NCBI GenBank assembly: GCA_035698285.1
Contig: DASSBY010000018.1
Location: 1-34,472 of the forward strand
Direction of reading: 5' to 3'
From: Fimbriimonadales bacterium
GTDB lineage: Bacteria; Armatimonadota; Fimbriimonadia; Fimbriimonadales; ATM1
DNA: 34,472 bases
The translations under genes and the position numbers were made by a program. The notes under the pieces are model-generated. The model saw only the letters and a list, made by a program, of their open reading frames with translations. It was not told where the DNA came from and ran no database searches. Below, piece after piece: positions 7,398 to 16,469 of the stretch (within the stretch, counting starts at the first letter, position 1; each line of letters opens with the position of its first letter).

Positions 7398-8024
7398 TCA
7401 GTAATCCAGCCCCGGATCAGGTTCGCCCGCGTAGCGAACGTACTTCCACTGGTCCTCTCTCATGCGGTCGAAGATGGCGCGATAGGCATCCACGCTAGTT
7501 TTGTTTGTCGCGATAATGTTCGCCTTCGTCAGCCACTTGCGGTTCCGAAGCATCGAATCGATGATCACGCACGCCACCCGCTCCGGAGCCATCCGCATCT
7601 CTTGATAGTTCAGATCGTCCGTGGGATCGATGAGCGTGATCGACCAGCCGTCCAACCGATGGTTCTTCTTCAAAGCCGCGCCGAATGCCGTCTGAAACTG
7701 ATCCAAATTGGTCAGCTTCTGCTCGTCAAAGATGTTCGTTACGATCAAATTGCGGGCTGGGATCCGCTTCACTGGGAACGCAACCGCCTTGCCGGGCGGA
7801 ATCGGAGCATGCTCGCGAATATGATCGTCCAGCCTATAGTCGCTCTTATCCTTGATGTACTTCGACGTGCCGTGGCCCATCCACCCGGTGCTGTCGGAAA
7901 AGACCAAGAACGCATCGCTGCGTGGCACTTCGCGCAGGCACCATCCCGAAAGGTGGAACACCTTCACGTACAGCCCGTCTATATCGAGCTTAGCCGCTGG
8001 AAAAAGAAACGGCAACAAGGACAT
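7398..8024 (-). CDS. Hypothetical protein (208 aa), last gene of the heme-related operon
   Basis: The ORF is clean and lies 18 nt downstream of ctaA on the same strand. I recognise no family with confidence. The segment AFLVFSDSTGWMGHGTSKYIKD vaguely recalls macro-domain-like nucleotide-binding loops, but that link is very weak. Confidence 0.6.
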   Translation of the reverse strand: MSLLPFLFPAAKLDIDGLYVKVFHLSGWCLREVPRSDAFLVFSDSTGWMGHGTSKYIKDKSDYRLDDHIREHAPIPPGKAVAFPVKRIPARNLIVTNIFDEQKLTNLDQFQTAFGAALKKNHRLDGWSITLIDPTDDLNYQEMRMAPERVACVIIDSMLRNRKWLTKANIIATNKTSVDAYRAIFDRMREDQWKYVRYAGEPDPGLDY

Positions 8025-8042
8025 AGGTCATTATATCTACGC

Positions 8043-8996
8043 CTATTCCGCCGTCTGCAATCGCCCATCTTGCTGGCTGGCCTTCCTGGCAGATGAAGTA
8101 AATGCCGAGACGCCTGCGAGAACCATCGCGATCCAAAGCGCGTCCGCCAAGAAAAGGTGGATCAGCGAAATCGTCATCGGCGCCTTGTACCAAACGTTGA
8201 CGACCCCGACCGCGATCTGCAAGATCACCATTGCGACGACGAACTTGAGGGCCCGCGCCACCGCCGGATCGGGGCGCATGTCCCCCAGCAGCGCAGCCAT
8301 AAAGAAGAGGTAAACGCCAACGCCCGTAGCAATGAACGGGTGCCATAGCCTCAAACGGATGAGCAAGTTCCCGGCTGGAGAAAGGCCCTCGAGGATTACC
8401 TGCGCGGAGCTGTCTCTCGGATATAGCGTATCGCCGAGAGACGTGATCGCACCGCTCATCCCGACGAGCAAAACCGCGAACGCGCCTATCGCAACCAGCC
8501 ACCCAGCGAGACCGTGCCCCTTAAGCGACAACTTCCGACCGCCGGAGCCTGCCCAGGCCGCCACGGTCAACGATCCAAGCAGCAGCATCGTGTTGATGAG
8601 GTGCGCTGTCAAAACCCCGCCCCGCACCATCGAATCGTTGCTTCCCACCAAGTGAAAGAGAACGAGGCCCGCTCCAATAAGAGCCGAAACAAAGGTGAAC
8701 GCGAGCGCGCCGGCAGCCGCCTTCCTCGCGAGATGGCCCTTGGAAAATGCTCGGAAAGCGTAAATCACGAGACCGATGACCATGAGTAGCGCCAACCCGC
8801 TCGATAGGCGATGCGTGAACTCGATGATCATCTTGGTGTTCGGCGCAAGCGGGATAACTTCCCCGTTGCACAGCGGCCAATGGCTGCCACAGCCGTCTCC
8901 GGAACCCGTCTGGCGCACATATGAGCCCCATAAAATTACGAGAAGATTTAAGACGATGACCGAAATCGTATACTTAGTAAACCGGGAAAGGCTCAT
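8043..8996 (-). CDS. ctaA: Heme A synthase (COX15/CtaA family)
   Basis: Multi-TM protein with VRQTGSGDGCGSHWPLCNG and conserved His in the TM helices. I preferred the ATG at 8996 (MSLSRFTKY...) to the TTG at 9059, which would overlap the upstream gene by 34 nt. Confidence 0.8.
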   Translation of the reverse strand: MSLSRFTKYTISVIVLNLLVILWGSYVRQTGSGDGCGSHWPLCNGEVIPLAPNTKMIIEFTHRLSSGLALLMVIGLVIYAFRAFSKGHLARKAAAGALAFTFVSALIGAGLVLFHLVGSNDSMVRGGVLTAHLINTMLLLGSLTVAAWAGSGGRKLSLKGHGLAGWLVAIGAFAVLLVGMSGAITSLGDTLYPRDSSAQVILEGLSPAGNLLIRLRLWHPFIATGVGVYLFFMAALLGDMRPDPAVARALKFVVAMVILQIAVGVVNVWYKAPMTISLIHLFLADALWIAMVLAGVSAFTSSARKASQQDGRLQTAE

Positions 8997-9025
8997 GCGC
9001 GACGGATAGAGGATACTCCAGCCGG

Positions 9026-10243
9026 TCAAGGCGCCGGGACGTACAGTACGCGCACCCAAAAAAGCTCATCCGTGATTTTTGGACCGTAGGCAACGGGCCG
9101 TGGATAAGAATTCTGGTTCTGGTGGCATTCCAAGTCGTTCTGATAATGAATGGAAGCTGTTAGCTTCGTGCCTTTCGGCAAAACCGGGGGCTGGCTAAAC
9201 ATATAGCTGCCAATGTAAGTCACGTTCCACGGATAAACCCTCAGGATCGTTTTTGCCGGATCAGTCGGCGGTGTCGCCGTAAGCCTAACTTCGACAGTAT
9301 AGTCGCGCGCCTCTGGAATGACGCCAACCACTTGAATTCCCTGCGAAAGCGTCTCTTCGTCCGAAAAGTTTGGCGTCTCCAAAATGGGAACCTTGATATC
9401 TCGAGTTCCGAGATTCATCTGCCTTACTTCTCGATAAGCTCCCGACGCGAAGGTGAGCCCGAGGTCGAAGTTTCCGTCAGCAGCGGTCCCATTGGGGCGA
9501 TACTGCACTTGCACCAGCAGGTTATCGCCCGGTTTCAGGGTCTTGCCAACGCCGTCCGGCAGGCGCCATGGCCCATTCCCGATTGTCCATACGCCGATAT
9601 ACTCCTCCGTCTGGGCTTCGAAGCTGGCGGCCGTCTCGTAGCCTGGCTCGGGCGTTTTCACGTCTTCTGCGCGCCCCTTCCCCGCCGTATCGATACCGAT
9701 GGTAACGCTTCGTATCACCGAAGGATTTGCGGGCGCAACGCTAAATCCGATCAATCCCCGCTTCTTAGTGATATCCGCAGGGATAACGAACGTTTGCCAA
9801 TATGTCGGTCCTTCCGCTCGCACGGTTACGCCCTTCTGCGACAGCACTATGGAAGCCTTTGGTGGCGGAGCAAATTCGGGACTCGGCGGCATGTCGCTGG
9901 CGTTGCCCTTTGCCATTCCCGCGCGGATCCATTCCTGGATTAGAACCGCTTCATCGTCGGTAAGCGGCGATGCGGGAGTCACCCTGCCATAGTCCGATGT
10001 CGCCTTATAAGGAGGCATGGATCGATCCAAAACTACAGACTTAATCGTCTCGGCCCGTCGGCGTACATCGTCATACGTCGTTAGCGAGAACGGCGCGGCG
10101 CCGTCCGGACGGTGGCATGGCGTACACTTGGCAAAAAACACGTGGGCTAGATCGCGCGTGTAGGTCACGTCGGCACTCTTTGAAAAGCCGAGCGCGGACA
10201 CAATAATGGCAGCAAACCACGCCGGGCCCAAGAGCGATCTCAC
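9026..10243 (-). CDS. Secreted c-type heme-binding (CXXCH) protein with a large beta-rich C-terminal domain (possibly PHM/DBH-like fold)
   Basis: There is a signal peptide, then FAKCTPCHRPDGAAPFSLTTYDDV...RSMPP. I recall this heme-c module preceding copper-monooxygenase-like domains in Acidobacteria and PVC proteins. The usual His clusters are not evident here. The start codon is GTG. Confidence 0.55.
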   Translation of the reverse strand: MRSLLGPAWFAAIIVSALGFSKSADVTYTRDLAHVFFAKCTPCHRPDGAAPFSLTTYDDVRRRAETIKSVVLDRSMPPYKATSDYGRVTPASPLTDDEAVLIQEWIRAGMAKGNASDMPPSPEFAPPPKASIVLSQKGVTVRAEGPTYWQTFVIPADITKKRGLIGFSVAPANPSVIRSVTIGIDTAGKGRAEDVKTPEPGYETAASFEAQTEEYIGVWTIGNGPWRLPDGVGKTLKPGDNLLVQVQYRPNGTAADGNFDLGLTFASGAYREVRQMNLGTRDIKVPILETPNFSDEETLSQGIQVVGVIPEARDYTVEVRLTATPPTDPAKTILRVYPWNVTYIGSYMFSQPPVLPKGTKLTASIHYQNDLECHQNQNSYPRPVAYGPKITDELFWVRVLYVPAP

Positions 10244-10254
10244 GTGGTAATAGA

Positions 10255-10284
10255 CGCCCCCTGCCTTCGCGAGGTTCGGGGGCG
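10255..10284 (-). other. GC-rich hairpin between the SLBB gene and the cytochrome gene
   Basis: CGCCCCC ... GGGGGCG forms a 7-bp stem whose 16-nt loop contains a small inner stem. There is no clear U-tract. Confidence 0.25.
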
Positions 10285-10298
10285 CCTTCGAATCCGGC

Positions 10299-10916
10299 CT
10301 ACCTTGCGATTATCAAGATAAGGATCCCGATCAGAATCAGGATCATCAGTTCTCGGTTAGAAAAGCCTTCCTGCGGGTACGCAACTTCCACGTAGTCGCC
10401 CGGGCTTAGCGCAACAGGTTCGGCTGAAGCCTGAAGCTTTTCTAAATCCACCACAGTCGTGACCTTCTTGCCGTTCTTGTCCGTCCGCGTTATCTTGATA
10501 ACGTTCGGCTTTTCGGTCGAAAACGGCTTCGCTTCGGCTAGGGCCTGCTTGATCGTCATCCCGTCCTTGTACTGCAAATATCCCGGCTTGGACACCGCAC
10601 CGTGAACGCTCACATACTTGGCGGGGTCTCTTACCGGAACGTCGATAACGGAATCCGCCTCGACGAGCGGAGTCGGACCAAGACGTGAAAGATCTACGAC
10701 GCGGTCGGCATCTCTGGATCGGACGGTAACCAACATCTCATCGCCCTGCTTGGACACTCCGCCCGCGAGGGCGACAGCGTCGCGCACGCGCATCCCTTCC
10801 CGGAAAGGCACGTCTCCGGGCGTGTTAACGGCGCCTTTCACCGTCACGAAAGTGCCGGCGAATGCGCATTGGGCTAGGGCCAGGACAGCCGTAAGTCCGC
10901 TAATTTTGAACATCAT
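10299..10916 (-). CDS. SLBB (soluble-ligand-binding beta-grasp) domain protein, polysaccharide-export-like, with C-terminal TM anchor
   Basis: Only the last 205 codons of the 654-aa ORF are credible: MMFKISGLTAVLALAQCAFA is a signal peptide. Two SLBB-like units follow (FVTVKGAVNTPGDVPFREGMRVRDAVALAGGV and YVSVHGAVSKPGYLQYKDGMTIKQALAEA), then a hydrophobic tail. AAGGAGGA lies upstream of the ATG at 10916. Confidence 0.7.
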   Translation of the reverse strand: MMFKISGLTAVLALAQCAFAGTFVTVKGAVNTPGDVPFREGMRVRDAVALAGGVSKQGDEMLVTVRSRDADRVVDLSRLGPTPLVEADSVIDVPVRDPAKYVSVHGAVSKPGYLQYKDGMTIKQALAEAKPFSTEKPNVIKITRTDKNGKKVTTVVDLEKLQASAEPVALSPGDYVEVAYPQEGFSNRELMILILIGILILIIAR

Positions 10917-11069
10917 CTCGTTGGATTCCTCCTTGGAACAAAAGGTTAATCCTTTCATACTCCGGGTGCCGGGGCAAATATGCACTTTAGTTTCATTTAG
11001 CCACATCAGGCTCCCGCAACGCCGTCGGAAATCGGACCCCAGCAGGTACAATAGGGGCCTCCAAATACG

Positions 11070-11092
11070 TGCGCGCTCCGCATCGGCGCGCA
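11070..11092 (+). promoter_or_regulatory. Hairpin in the gyrA leader (TGCGCGC-tccgcatcg-GCGCGCA); TACAAT -10-like box at 11046-11051
   Basis: The 7-bp inverted repeat is perfect and sits 20 nt upstream of the gyrA TTG start. Its function is unknown. Confidence 0.3.
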
Positions 11093-11111
11093 TTGGCGTA
11101 AGGACCGGATT

Positions 11112-13562
11112 TTGCCCGAAAACGAACCCACGGAACCCCTGATCATTCCCGTAGCCGACGAAATGCGGCGCAGCTATGTGAACTACGCGATGAGCGTCAT
11201 CATCGCAAGGGCCTTGCCCGATGTCCGCGATGGCCTCAAGCCCGTCCAGCGCAGAATTCTTTACACCATGCTCCAGGGCAACTGGACGCCCGACCACGCC
11301 CGAACCAAGAGCGCGAAGATTATCGGCGATTGCTCGGGCAACTACCATCCCCACGGCAACGACGCGATCTACATGACCATGGTGCGCATGGCGCAAGACT
11401 TTTCGCTGCGTTATCCGCTCGTCGACCCCCAAGGCAATTTCGGCAGCATCGACGGCGACGCCCCTGCGGCCTTCCGCTACACCGAAGCCCGCCTCAGCAA
11501 GGTCGCCATGGAGATGCTGGAAGATATCGACAAAGAAACCGTCGATTGGACCCCGAATTACCTGCAGACCATGAACGAGCCGCTTGTCCTCCCTGGTAAG
11601 TTCCCGAACCTCATCTGCAACGGCACGCAAGGTATCGCCGTCGGCATGGCGACCAATATGCCGTCGCACAATTTGAACGAAGTCGTCGACGCGATTCTCT
11701 TGCGGATGGATAACCCGAACTCGACACCGGAAGAAATCATGAAAGTCCTTCCCGGACCCGACTTCCCCACGTACGGCATGATTTTGGGCACCAAAGGCAT
11801 CCGCAGCATGTACGAAACGGGCCGCGGAAGCGTGGTCATGCAGGGAAAGACGGCTATCGAGCCAACGGACGGCGGGCGGTCCGTCATTGTCATTAGTGAA
11901 ATCCCCTATCAGGTAAACAAAACAACCCTCATTCAGCAGGTAGCCGACATTATCCGAAACAAAAAGATGGAGGCCATTTCCGGAATCGTCGACCTGAGTG
12001 ACCGACGAGGAATGAGGATTGAGATTTCCATCAAGCGCGAGGGCAACCCCAACAAGGCCCTCAACTATCTTTATAAACACACGCTGCTGCGAACTTCCTT
12101 CGGCGCTATTCTGCTGAGCCTCGTGGACGGCGTCCCGAGAACGGCGCCCATCACCACGCTTCTCGACGAATACCTCCGGCATCGCAAAGAAGTAATCGAG
12201 CGGCGCACCAAATTCGAACTCTACAGAGCGCTCGAGGAGGCGCACATCAGCGAGGGTTACCAAATCGCGCGCGCCAACCTCGACGATGTTATCCGCATCA
12301 TCCGCGCGGCCGAGGATCCCGAAGATGCCCGGCGCGAACTCGTCCGCAACTTCGCCATGACCATGTTCCAGGCGAACGTCATCCTCAACATGCAGCTCCG
12401 CCGCCTCACGAAACTGGAGCAGGCCAAGCTGGAAGAGGAATACAAAAAGATCTTGCGCAAGATCGCCGACCTGGTCGATATTCTAAGTGATCCGCACCGA
12501 ATAGAGCAAATCTTAAAGGCCGAACTTGAGGAAATGCGCAAGAAGCACGGCGACGAGCGGCGCACGAAAATCCTCCCTATGGAAGCCGGCGAAATCGGCG
12601 ACGAGGACATGATCCCCGAAGAAGAGGCCATCGTCTCTATCAGTCGCGACGGCTACATCAAGCGCATGAGCCTCGATGCCTATCGAGACCAGCGTCGCGG
12701 CGGCAAAGGCGTTATCGGTCAAACCATGAAAGAGGCGGACGAAGTCGGGCACCTTTTCCAGGTCAGCACGCACCACTTTATTCTTTTCTTCACAGACAAG
12801 GGCCGCGTCTATCGGCTGAAGACGTACGAAATCCCGGAGTCCGGCCGCTACGCGAAAGGCACGCCGGTAATCAACTACATCCAAATCGAGAGCGGCGAGA
12901 TGGTAACTGCGACGCTCACCGTGAAAGATATCCGCGGCGAGGGATTCTTGGTTATGGCCACCAAGATGGGCGAAGTAAAACGCACCCCCATCAGCGCTTT
13001 TGCGAACCTGCGTACAAACGGCCTTCGCGCTTTTGATATCGAAGAGGGCGATGAACTGGCCTGGGTTATGCGGAGCACCGGCGACCAGGATATCCTCATG
13101 ATTAGCCGAAAAGGCATGAGCATTCGATTCAACGAACACATGCTGCACGGTCGCTCGCGCGCAGCCGGCGGTGTTCGCGGCATGAATCTGCGAAAAGGCG
13201 ACGAAGTCGTATCCGCGATGATCGTGGAGGAACCAGACCTGAGTCTTCTCGTCGTAGGCGAGAACGGCTTCGGCAAGCGAACTCCATTGTCCGAATATCG
13301 GCCGCAAAACCGCGGCGGATACGGCCTCATAACGATGAACGTCACCGCAAAGACCGGACCTGTCATCGGCGCGGAAATCGTCGAACAAGGTGACCAACTC
13401 GTCATCATGAGCACGCACGGAAAGGCCATCCGCCTTCGCATCGACGAAATTCGAACCGTAGGAAGAATTGCGCAGGGTGTCAAGCTCATCGATCTGACGA
13501 AGGGCGACCAGGTGGCGTCCATCGCTCGCGTGATAACCGAGAGCGACGACGGCGCCGAGTAA
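11112..13562 (+). CDS. gyrA: DNA gyrase subunit A
   Basis: 816 aa. It has YAMSVIIARALPDVRDGLKPVQRRILY, the active-site region AAFRYTEARL, the GyrA box QRRGGKG and C-terminal beta-pinwheel repeats. The start codon is TTG. Confidence 0.96.
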   Translation: MPENEPTEPLIIPVADEMRRSYVNYAMSVIIARALPDVRDGLKPVQRRILYTMLQGNWTPDHARTKSAKIIGDCSGNYHPHGNDAIYMTMVRMAQDFSLRYPLVDPQGNFGSIDGDAPAAFRYTEARLSKVAMEMLEDIDKETVDWTPNYLQTMNEPLVLPGKFPNLICNGTQGIAVGMATNMPSHNLNEVVDAILLRMDNPNSTPEEIMKVLPGPDFPTYGMILGTKGIRSMYETGRGSVVMQGKTAIEPTDGGRSVIVISEIPYQVNKTTLIQQVADIIRNKKMEAISGIVDLSDRRGMRIEISIKREGNPNKALNYLYKHTLLRTSFGAILLSLVDGVPRTAPITTLLDEYLRHRKEVIERRTKFELYRALEEAHISEGYQIARANLDDVIRIIRAAEDPEDARRELVRNFAMTMFQANVILNMQLRRLTKLEQAKLEEEYKKILRKIADLVDILSDPHRIEQILKAELEEMRKKHGDERRTKILPMEAGEIGDEDMIPEEEAIVSISRDGYIKRMSLDAYRDQRRGGKGVIGQTMKEADEVGHLFQVSTHHFILFFTDKGRVYRLKTYEIPESGRYAKGTPVINYIQIESGEMVTATLTVKDIRGEGFLVMATKMGEVKRTPISAFANLRTNGLRAFDIEEGDELAWVMRSTGDQDILMISRKGMSIRFNEHMLHGRSRAAGGVRGMNLRKGDEVVSAMIVEEPDLSLLVVGENGFGKRTPLSEYRPQNRGGYGLITMNVTAKTGPVIGAEIVEQGDQLVIMSTHGKAIRLRIDEIRTVGRIAQGVKLIDLTKGDQVASIARVITESDDGAE

Positions 13563-14045
13563 ATGCGCTTTGTTATTGGCTACGCCAGGTCCCGAAGCGA
13601 AGGCCTAATTTACGAGCAGCTTTTGCGCGACCGCGGCGTCCCCGCTTTCTCAGAACTTGGCTATGCCTTCGGAGAGTTCAGTGAATCGGCACAGTGTCGA
13701 ATCTACGCCGAAGAAGATCTGTTCCGGCCCGAGCACGCGGACATCGTTCGCGAAGTCATGGGCCCAAACGCAGCCGACATAACGCTCGCGCGGTTTGGTG
13801 AAGACAAGCATCGAGAGGAGAAGCTCAACTATCCCGTCGCCTGGTTTGCAGACGAGGACGCCGCCGAGCCGTTCGTTCAAAAGCTCGTCGAAGAGGGCCT
13901 TCAGGCTTGGGCGAGCCGCGTAGACGACGCGGGCGATACTCCCGTCGGCCTATTTATCGTCGCCGAGCAACTAACGGAGGAAATCAAGTCCAAGCTGCGC
14001 TCTATCCTTGGAGATGCCCTCGACGATGCGGCGATCAGCGGCTAG
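13563..14045 (+). CDS. Hypothetical acidic protein (160 aa)
   Basis: The ATG directly abuts the gyrA TAA. The ORF is clean and I recognise no family. Confidence 0.6.
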   Translation: MRFVIGYARSRSEGLIYEQLLRDRGVPAFSELGYAFGEFSESAQCRIYAEEDLFRPEHADIVREVMGPNAADITLARFGEDKHREEKLNYPVAWFADEDAAEPFVQKLVEEGLQAWASRVDDAGDTPVGLFIVAEQLTEEIKSKLRSILGDALDDAAISG

Positions 14046-14091
14046 GGCTATACTAATTTCCTGCGATAAACGCACACTTTTGGAGGAAAAA

Positions 14092-14346
14092 ATGCCGGAC
14101 GAAAACATAAACAAAGCAAAAGACGCCGCGGGCGATATGCTCGAGGATGCAAAGGAAGTTGCCGAGAACCTTTGGGAAAAGGCCAAGGACCTCGGCGAAC
14201 AAGCCAAAGATCGCTTCGACAAAGCGATGAACACCGATGGGAAAACGAAAGACGGGTCCGACGACACCCGGGACATGGTCGAAAAGATCAAAGATGCCGT
14301 CACGGGCGACAACGTCGACGATAAGACAGGGAAAGAGATCGACTAA
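14092..14346 (+). CDS. Small hydrophilic Lys/Asp/Glu-rich protein (CsbD/LEA-like stress protein)
   Basis: MPDENINKAKDAAGDMLEDAKEVAENLWEKAKDLGEQAKDRFDKA... has repetitive amphipathic KD/E-rich composition. GGAGGA lies 6 nt upstream of the ATG at 14092, which I chose over the 14008 start. Confidence 0.6.
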   Translation: MPDENINKAKDAAGDMLEDAKEVAENLWEKAKDLGEQAKDRFDKAMNTDGKTKDGSDDTRDMVEKIKDAVTGDNVDDKTGKEID

Positions 14347-14390
14347 CCTTAGTTACCGACTCTTTGTCGTCGGGGTAAGTTAGCGGGAAG

Positions 14391-15143
14391 ATGGCTGCAC
14401 CTGTCCGCGACCCCGGCACGCCCCTGCGCCGCTTCGTCGGTTGCGGACTGATCGGGTGTTTGGCGGTCTTTGCCATTTGCGGCTACATTCTGTATCGCGC
14501 GGTCGCCGGAGCAGGAGGATTTATCGCGGCGCTCACCGGAGATCGCTCCGAAACTTTCGCCCTGGCAAGCCCGCGGCGGTTCGACCCGCTCAAACAGTTC
14601 GAAGCTATTCACAGGAGAGTTGGCCAGAAGGCGCGGCTGGTAAGCATTCGCGCCACCGGAGTTCGCCCCGACGGCACGATGGACCTTACCGCCAACTTCA
14701 CGCCAGCCCCGCGCGCAACCTATGAATTCTTTGCCATCACCACGAAGGATGCGGCCAAAATGCCGCCAGTCGGCGCAGGACGGCGGCCGCACGATGTCTG
14801 GGCCGAGCAGATCACGGCGGATTGCTATCGACCCGGAACCCGTTCCCGGATAACGAAAATTAGCGGCAACCTACGTTCAAGTTACTACCGAGTTAATCAA
14901 GGTGTAACCATAGATCGGCGCGACCCCGCCATGATCGATCCTGATACGGCCGCTCCCGATCCGACGCTTACCACAGAGGAGATGTGGAAGGAGGCATTGG
15001 GAAAGGGAGCGAACAAGGACGCCGTCGCAACTATCGAGTACGATTCAAACGGTTACAGCTTCACGATTTCAGGCTCGGGCTACGTTCTGCGCTGGAAGCC
15101 AGATGGAAGCTTCGAGCCCAAACAATCCTCGTATCCGAAATAA
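14391..15143 (+). CDS. Hypothetical membrane-anchored protein (250 aa)
   Basis: There is a single N-terminal TM helix (CGLIGCLAVFAICGYILY). I recognise no family. Confidence 0.6.
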   Translation: MAAPVRDPGTPLRRFVGCGLIGCLAVFAICGYILYRAVAGAGGFIAALTGDRSETFALASPRRFDPLKQFEAIHRRVGQKARLVSIRATGVRPDGTMDLTANFTPAPRATYEFFAITTKDAAKMPPVGAGRRPHDVWAEQITADCYRPGTRSRITKISGNLRSSYYRVNQGVTIDRRDPAMIDPDTAAPDPTLTTEEMWKEALGKGANKDAVATIEYDSNGYSFTISGSGYVLRWKPDGSFEPKQSSYPK

Positions 15144-15150
15144 AAATTTG

Positions 15151-15984
15151 ATGTCCAGCGCACCCCTTCTAATCGTCGACGGCGATAACCTCGCCCATCG
15201 CGCCTACCATTCGACGCCGAAGACCGTCCTCGGCGCCGACGGCAAAGTCATCAATGCCGTCGTCGGTTTTTTCGGAATGCTCCTAAATCTTTGGACGCAG
15301 GAGTCACCGAGGCAATGCTTCGTCGCCTGGGATACGCTTGGAACCGACACCTACCGTAATCGGCTGTGGCCGGCATACCAAACGGGCCGCGTTTTCGAGC
15401 CCGACATTGTGCGCCAACTCGACCTTTTGCCCGAAATCTGCCGAGCTTTCGCATTCGGCGTTGCCAAGCAAGCCGGCTGCGAAGCCGACGACCTTATGGC
15501 CTCCGCGGCTAAGGCCGAAGTGCGCCAAGGCGGAGCCGCCCTCCTCTATACAACGGACCGCGACGCTTATCAATTGGTGAATGAACAAATAACGGTTCTC
15601 TCTCCTCGGCGCGGCTCGCCGGTGCCCGACCGCATCGGTCCGCGAGAAGTGGTGGAGCGTTTCGGCGTTTTGCCGCAGCAAGTTTGCGATTTCAAGGCGC
15701 TGAGCGGCGATGCCTCCGACAAAATCCCAGGCGTCCGGGGCATCGGCCCGAAATCCGCGGCAGCCCTTCTCCTCAAACATGGCAGCCTCGATGCTATCCT
15801 TCCGACTCTCCAACGCCCTGAAGACGCAAAAGCCGCCATGCTGTTTCGTGAAGTGGTTTGCATGCAAGACGAGATAAAAGTTGCCCTACCTTCAAGCGCG
15901 CCCGAATGGAAGCGCGGAGCTGAGGTCCTCCGCGCCCTGGGAGCAGAGCGCTCCGCCGAGAGGGCAGCCGAGTTTGCCGCATGA
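15151..15984 (+). CDS. Stand-alone 5'-3' exonuclease (FEN / Pol I N-terminal-like, PIN + H3TH)
   Basis: LLIVDGDNLAHRAYH, EADDLMAS, TTDRDAYQLV and SDKIPGVRGIGPKSAAALL are characteristic 5'-3' exonuclease motifs. I chose the ATG at 15151. Confidence 0.85.
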   Translation: MSSAPLLIVDGDNLAHRAYHSTPKTVLGADGKVINAVVGFFGMLLNLWTQESPRQCFVAWDTLGTDTYRNRLWPAYQTGRVFEPDIVRQLDLLPEICRAFAFGVAKQAGCEADDLMASAAKAEVRQGGAALLYTTDRDAYQLVNEQITVLSPRRGSPVPDRIGPREVVERFGVLPQQVCDFKALSGDASDKIPGVRGIGPKSAAALLLKHGSLDAILPTLQRPEDAKAAMLFREVVCMQDEIKVALPSSAPEWKRGAEVLRALGAERSAERAAEFAA

Positions 15985-16436
15985 CCTTCTCATCGATTCT
16001 CGAGTCCCTGCCCGTACCCGCGCAAGCTGCATCTGACAAGGATCAGGAGATTCGCGCTCGCGCTGTTCTTGCACTTCTGATCGAGGCGGCAAACCAATCG
16101 GACGCGGTAGGTCCGATTGCAAGTACCGCCGACAAGTGTCCCAATTGCGGAAAAGCCGCACCCTCCGCACGATCGCCGTATTGCTCGGACGATTGTCGCT
16201 GCGAAGCGGCATTCGTTCGCCAACTCCGAGCGGCTATTGCCAATGGAAACATCGTAGACCGGGAACGCCAGGTTTTCCTGGGACAAGCTTTTTGGTTCGT
16301 GCTCGGCGGAGGCCGGCCTCTGAGGCAAAGTATCGCGCCGCAGTCTGCCCTGAAACAGGTTTTCAAAAGAACGCACGGCAAATGCGAAATCTGCGGAGCC
16401 CCCGCGACGACCGTGGACCATACCGGCAGTGGGTGA
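15981..16436 (+). CDS. Zn-ribbon / HNH-like nuclease, ORF ends at an in-frame TGA inside the HNH motif (same frame continues to 16646)
   Basis: The ATG overlaps the exonuclease stop as ATGA. The ORF ends ...HGKCEICGAPATTVDHTGSG-[TGA]. The same frame then reads NRPINLRAVCASCS..., which together forms a CxxC...DH...NL...CxxC HNH-like signature. Confidence 0.55.
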   Translation: MTFSSILESLPVPAQAASDKDQEIRARAVLALLIEAANQSDAVGPIASTADKCPNCGKAAPSARSPYCSDDCRCEAAFVRQLRAAIANGNIVDRERQVFLGQAFWFVLGGGRPLRQSIAPQSALKQVFKRTHGKCEICGAPATTVDHTGSG

Positions 16437-16454
16437 AACCGTCCGATCAATTTG

Positions 16455-16469
16455 CGCGCGGTCTGCGCG
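16455..16469 (+). other. Hairpin CGCGC-GGUCU-GCGCG, 19 nt downstream of the HNH in-frame UGA
   Basis: The hairpin is read directly from the sequence. As I recall it, the loop sequence resembles the GGUC apical loop of the E. coli fdhF SECIS. Confidence 0.3.

Noticed and set aside
8997-9059. The TTG at 9059 as the ctaA start
   Set aside because: It would overlap the upstream gene by 34 nt and adds a non-hydrophobic, unconserved-looking extension, so the ATG at 8996 is preferred. This remains uncertain because no strong SD precedes either start.
10917-12263. The upstream 449 codons of the 654-aa minus-strand ORF (10299-12263)
   Set aside because: From 11112 onwards it lies antisense to gyrA, whose identity is unambiguous, and its translation is low-complexity Arg/Val/Asp/Gly-rich. 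A strong SD plus ATG at 10916 begins a sensible signal peptide, so only 10299-10916 is kept.
12513-13522. The 301-aa and 215-aa minus-strand ORFs (12513-13418, 12875-13522)
   Set aside because: They are shadow ORFs antisense to gyrA in a GC-rich sequence and have no recognisable motifs.
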